Positions 60,080 to 64,000 of a stretch of 64,000 bases of DNA are shown here, piece after piece (positions within the stretch are counted from its first letter, which is position 1; each line of letters begins with the position of its first letter). Origin of the DNA: a virus; the IMG/VR virus record IMGVR_UViG_3300037485_001485, positions 1-64,000 of that record; one strand, written 5' to 3'. The position numbers and the translations under genes were made by a program. The notes beneath the pieces are model-generated. The model worked only from the letters and a program-made list of their open reading frames with translations. It did not search any database and was not told where the DNA came from.

Positions 60080-60298
60080 TCAGAGGGCGAAGTGAACGGG
60101 GCGGCGCGAGCGGCGGGTCGTCTGCGGAGAGACAGCGGACGCCTGTGCGAGCGCCGCCACGATGGCGTTCGCGCCGAGGAGGGCAGCGATCAGCGTCGTG
60201 CCCGCAAGGGCGATCTTCCAAGCCGGGGGTCGGCTTACGTCGTCGGGTGCGCCGAAGCGCCCGTGCGTCGGCATCGGATAATCGAGGTTGCGCGGCAT
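60080..60298 (-). CDS. Small membrane protein
   Basis: Single hydrophobic segment; in operon. Confidence 0.5.
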   Translation of the reverse strand: MPRNLDYPMPTHGRFGAPDDVSRPPAWKIALAGTTLIAALLGANAIVAALAQASAVSPQTTRRSRRPVHFAL

Positions 60299-60307
60299 CG
60301 TAGATCC

Positions 60308-61633
60308 TTAGTAGAGGTCAAGCTGGACGGCGATGTCGGCGGCGCCGGCTGCACTCCGGTCGGCACGAAGCGCGATGTACTCGCCCGCGTTGATTGTCAC
60401 GGCGGAGGTGAGGTTGATCCCCGTCGTCGCGAGGTCGCTCACGGTGATCGTCATGGGGGTGGCTACGCCCGACCCCCCTAAGCCCGTCGCAGATCGGTAG
60501 ACTGTGAACACGACGTTGCGCCCAGCGCCGGGAGCCACGCGCATGTTGACCGACATGCCTTGGATCAAAACAATACGGTCAAACCGGAAGAAAACCTCCG
60601 TGCTGTCACCCCCTGTCGCCAACACTCCCGGCCACAAGTAGCGAGGGGCTGCTTGCAAGGTCGCGTTGATAGCGTAGGCAAGGATGGCGGGTGTCGTTGT
60701 CAAAGCAAACGGGGTGCCCCCCGTCGTCCGGTGAATGAGGTCGGTGCCGGGGCCAATGGAGATACCGTAGGTGTCTCGTGCTACGGGGAGCGTCTGTAGA
60801 ACGTCGCTGCCCGTGTACCCGCCCGCCGTCGAGGGGCCGCTGATTGAGCAGGAACGGAAGGCCGCCTGTGCCAGATTGTCGTTCGTCTCCGCGCTGACGT
60901 AGCTACCCGTGGAGAGCGGGTCGGTCGGGGCCGCGACGTAGAAGTTGGTGTCCCGGAGGCTCAGCGTGTTCGCGCCGTTGACGAGGATCGCCCGTTTGTT
61001 TCCGCCCCCGTTGCTGGAGACGTTGACCGTGCAGCCCCGCGTGAAGTTGAGCGCGAAGTCGGTGGGGTTGAGCGCGGACGCGCCGGGGGAGAGGATGCCG
61101 TAGACGTTGGTAGTCGAGCCCGTCGCGACGCCCGCGTTGTTGACATTGAGCACCATCGTCCGCAGCTTCGCGGTGTCGCTTGTCGCCACCGGAAGCGTCA
61201 CGCCGACGAGGTTCGTCGTCGCGTTCGTGCTCGACAACGTGAGCGTGAGGTCTTCCAGCCGCGTGTTGTCGTTCATCGTGAGCAACGTGGCCGTCCCACC
61301 GGGGACGCTCGCCGCCCAGGTGATCCGTGTCGTCTGCGTGTTCAGGCCGCGCATCGCGCACGTCGCGGGGATCGTGATCCCGGCGGTCAGGTTGTACGTC
61401 CCCGGCAAGATCCAGCACGTCACCCCGCCCGCCGGGAGGACGAGCCCCGCCATGTAGGTCATCGCCGCGTTGACCGTCGCGAACGGCAGACCGTTGACAG
61501 CCCCGGTCGAGTCGTTGCCGTTGATCTGATCGACCACGATGGTGTTGCCCATGCGCGGCGAGGCCGCCGTGCCCGGAGGGAGCACACCCGACGTGTCGAA
61601 GGAGTAGCCGCTGAACGGGGGCCGGGTGCTCAT
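60308..61633 (-). CDS. Beta-helix spike / receptor-binding protein
   Basis: VDQINGNDSTG...PFATVNAA...ILPGTY pectin-lyase-like start; N-terminal RPPFSGY. Confidence 0.65.
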   Translation of the reverse strand: MSTRPPFSGYSFDTSGVLPPGTAASPRMGNTIVVDQINGNDSTGAVNGLPFATVNAAMTYMAGLVLPAGGVTCWILPGTYNLTAGITIPATCAMRGLNTQTTRITWAASVPGGTATLLTMNDNTRLEDLTLTLSSTNATTNLVGVTLPVATSDTAKLRTMVLNVNNAGVATGSTTNVYGILSPGASALNPTDFALNFTRGCTVNVSSNGGGNKRAILVNGANTLSLRDTNFYVAAPTDPLSTGSYVSAETNDNLAQAAFRSCSISGPSTAGGYTGSDVLQTLPVARDTYGISIGPGTDLIHRTTGGTPFALTTTPAILAYAINATLQAAPRYLWPGVLATGGDSTEVFFRFDRIVLIQGMSVNMRVAPGAGRNVVFTVYRSATGLGGSGVATPMTITVSDLATTGINLTSAVTINAGEYIALRADRSAAGAADIAVQLDLY

Positions 61634-61639
61634 GGGCTC

Positions 61640-62326
61640 CTACGCGAAGCGGTGGCGGGGGTTCGACTTCGCGGCATGTTTCAGCTTCAGCCAGAGCCCA
61701 TAGCCGGCGTCGAGGACGGCAAGGTCACGCTCGCGGCCTCGCTTGTTCGTGCTCAGGCTCAGCAGTTCCTTCGCCTCGTCGTAGGTGACGAAGGCGATCT
61801 GCGCCGTCTCGTTGTCGAGTACGCCCGTGTTCTCGATGACGCGCATGAGGAAGTAGCGGTTGAGCGCCGACGTAGACTTCCACTCGCCGGGGATGCGCTC
61901 TACGATCTCCGCGCGAACGCCCGTCTCCTCTTCGACTTCGCGCAGCGCGCCTTGCTCCAACGTCTCGCCTTTGTCCACGCCGCCCTTCGGGAGCGACCAG
62001 ACGTAGCCGTCGAAGTGGTTGAGGGGTTCGCGGACAAGGATCAACCCGTCGTCGTTGATGACGACGCCGCCAGCGGCGATGCGCGGCGGCGGGGCGACGT
62101 AGGGCAGCTTTCCGGGGGGCGGGCTGAACGAGGACGCCGAGGGCTTCGCCCCTTCGGGGCGATAGCGCACGCCGCCGATCTCGACGCGCTGAACGACGAC
62201 GTCGGCGTCTTCGCTCAGACGGATCTTGATCGTGCGGGCGTCGGACTGCGCCGCCTGCTGCGACGAGTACGGCCCCATCTCGCCGTGAGACTTCCCGTTC
62301 TTCCGGATGACGATCTTGTAGGCCAC
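61640..62326 (-). CDS. NUDIX hydrolase with N-terminal RKNG module
   Basis: KGGVDKGETLEQGALREVEEETGV; GTG start after GGAG; ends KSNPRHRFA. Confidence 0.9.
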   Translation of the reverse strand: MAYKIVIRKNGKSHGEMGPYSSQQAAQSDARTIKIRLSEDADVVVQRVEIGGVRYRPEGAKPSASSFSPPPGKLPYVAPPPRIAAGGVVINDDGLILVREPLNHFDGYVWSLPKGGVDKGETLEQGALREVEEETGVRAEIVERIPGEWKSTSALNRYFLMRVIENTGVLDNETAQIAFVTYDEAKELLSLSTNKRGRERDLAVLDAGYGLWLKLKHAAKSNPRHRFA

Positions 62327-62334
62327 GCCGTCTC

Positions 62335-63840
62335 CTACTTGTCGAAGTTCTTGATGAACCACGGCACGAAGACGCCGGGAGGCACGGTGCGGATGTCGAG
62401 GCTGTAGGACACCGTGTGCCCGTCGCCCGCATCGTGACGCTGGCCCTTGCCGACGGTCGTGTAGTAGACGGCCTGGGGCTTGAACCACGCGCGAGTCCGA
62501 CCGTCGGGCGAGGTCGCGTGAAGTACGAGCAACGTGGGGCTGCTCAGCTTCCAGCCGGCGGCGCCGAACTCATTGAAGATCCGCTTCCGCGCCACGGCGA
62601 ACGTCTCGGTCTTCGCCGCGCCGTTGCGGCGGTTGCGCGTGAACGAGCGCCCATAGAGCCGCTTCACGTCGTCTTCGTACTGCATCACGTCCTTCGCCGG
62701 GGTCGTGGCAATCGCACGGCCGCCTTCGGTTTCGCGGAGGCCGTCCACCACGGCCTGCGCGCCTTTGAGCGTCGGGGCGTTGAAGGCAACGGAGAGGCCC
62801 GATTCGTGGAGCACCGTCCACCGCCCCCCTGCCTTCGGGACGAGCGGGCCGCCCTCATCGAAGGACTTGAACGTGTATTCTTGGACGAGGTAGTAGCCTC
62901 GGTAGGCGTACCCTGGCTGCTCGCGAAACCCGTCGTGCATCTTTCGCTTGACGATGACGCGCTTCGGGGTCGTGGAGTAGAAGGCGATCTGGCCGAACTG
63001 CACGGTGTCGTCCATGCCGACGAGCTTGGCCTTGCCGTTGCGCCGGGGGTTCGCCTTCGCGAGAATGTCAGCGAGGGCGCCGTGACGAGGGCCGCGTCCC
63101 TTCCCGTGGCGAATGTTCGCCGATTGGAAAATCATCCCGCGAGTCACCGGGGACGGCAGACCGGGGGCAGCGCGAATGACGAGCGCACGGCGGCGCACGC
63201 CGTTGTCGCTCATCGTCACTACCGTCCCTTCCGCAAGGCCCGAAGTGGAGAGAAGCCACGTCGAGTGCGTCGCACGCTCCTCAAGGTAGGGCTTCCACGC
63301 ATGGGCCGCCGTCATGCTGCCGGCGTTGCGCCGGGGGTTCGCCTTCGCCTTCGTGAGCACGCCTTCGGAGTCGGCGGTCCAGCCGTAGCCGCCCTCTTCC
63401 TCCGACCATCCGGGGAGGTAGTAGTCCCAGCCATTCTGACCGTACTTCCGCTTGCGGCTGAACGCCGTGCCCTTGGGGAAACGCTGCCCCTCGATGGTGA
63501 TGTCGTGCGTAGCGACGATCTGCTTCGACCCGTTCCGCACGAGGCCGGAGCGGTGGACGAGCGAGCGGGACGCCGCGATGTTCGCCGCCGTCGTGCCGTT
63601 GCGGCGGGGGTTGCGCTGGCTATGCCCCTCGCGCTCCCAGACCGGCGGTTCCTTGGGCTTGCTCTTCGGGTTCGCCTTCACGCCGTCGCAGCCGCAGCCG
63701 GTGCCGTTGCACCGGGCCACCGACACGTCGGCCCCGGCGTCCCGCATCTTCGCGACCATGCCGGCAGCGACGGCTTCCGACGTGTAGTGCGACTCGCCGT
63801 GCGTTGCGCCGTTCTTGCGTACTGTGACCTTGAAGCCCAT
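62335..63840 (-). CDS. Polyprotein-like chain of small modules separated by KANPRRNG-type motifs
   Basis: KANPK, RNPRRNG, RNG, KANPRRNAG, KANPRRNG, RNRRNG. Confidence 0.75.
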   Translation of the reverse strand: MGFKVTVRKNGATHGESHYTSEAVAAGMVAKMRDAGADVSVARCNGTGCGCDGVKANPKSKPKEPPVWEREGHSQRNPRRNGTTAANIAASRSLVHRSGLVRNGSKQIVATHDITIEGQRFPKGTAFSRKRKYGQNGWDYYLPGWSEEEGGYGWTADSEGVLTKAKANPRRNAGSMTAAHAWKPYLEERATHSTWLLSTSGLAEGTVVTMSDNGVRRRALVIRAAPGLPSPVTRGMIFQSANIRHGKGRGPRHGALADILAKANPRRNGKAKLVGMDDTVQFGQIAFYSTTPKRVIVKRKMHDGFREQPGYAYRGYYLVQEYTFKSFDEGGPLVPKAGGRWTVLHESGLSVAFNAPTLKGAQAVVDGLRETEGGRAIATTPAKDVMQYEDDVKRLYGRSFTRNRRNGAAKTETFAVARKRIFNEFGAAGWKLSSPTLLVLHATSPDGRTRAWFKPQAVYYTTVGKGQRHDAGDGHTVSYSLDIRTVPPGVFVPWFIKNFDK

Positions 63841-63923
63841 GACGTGCCCTCGCGCGGGAGAGCGTAGCGGGCCGGAGGGCCATCGGGGAGAGAGGGGACA
63901 TTGCGCGAAGGCCATCGAATCCC

Positions 63924-63951
63924 TTGACGGCTGGCAATAGGGGGCTATGAT
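63924..63951 (+). promoter_or_regulatory. Promoter-family copy
   Basis: TTGACG-GCTGGCAATAGGGGGC-TATGAT; AAGGAG and ATG 63974 of a gene running off the window. Confidence 0.7.
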
Positions 63952-64000
63952 GTAGGGGCACCAAGGAGATCCGATGCTGACCGACGCAATCCGCCCCCTG

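Overview
This window is about 64 kb of a very GC-rich (roughly 70% by eye) dsDNA bacterial virus genome, cut at both ends. It has three parts. (1) Replication, recombination and early genes: a family-A DNA polymerase, a Rad50/SbcC-like ATPase, a tyrosine recombinase, two SNF2 helicases, DUF3987- and DUF932-like proteins, and many small genes behind a repeated sigma70-like promoter. An iterated, origin-like non-coding region lies at 54.8-55.3 kb and a dif-like site at 10.37 kb. (2) A long minus-strand structural block (about 7-40.6 kb). I recognise no terminase, portal or tape measure in it. It holds beta-rich capsid/spike candidates, many small C-terminally membrane-anchored proteins and a transglutaminase-like protein, which suggests a tailless, membrane-containing virion (inference). 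(3) Accessory enzymes: two NUDIX hydrolases, a giant tandem PI-kinase/LepB-like protein, an ART-like giant, a GNAT, a zincin, an M23 peptidase and a lysozyme-like protein. The most striking signal is a short basic peptide motif, (K/R)-x-N-(P/G) often followed by Arg runs (KSNPRRR, KANPRRNG, RRNP). It sits at termini or domain junctions of about 20 unrelated late/accessory proteins and I did not see it in the replication genes. It is a candidate virion cargo-loading and/or proteolytic maturation code. All calls come from motif reading by eye; no database searches were run.
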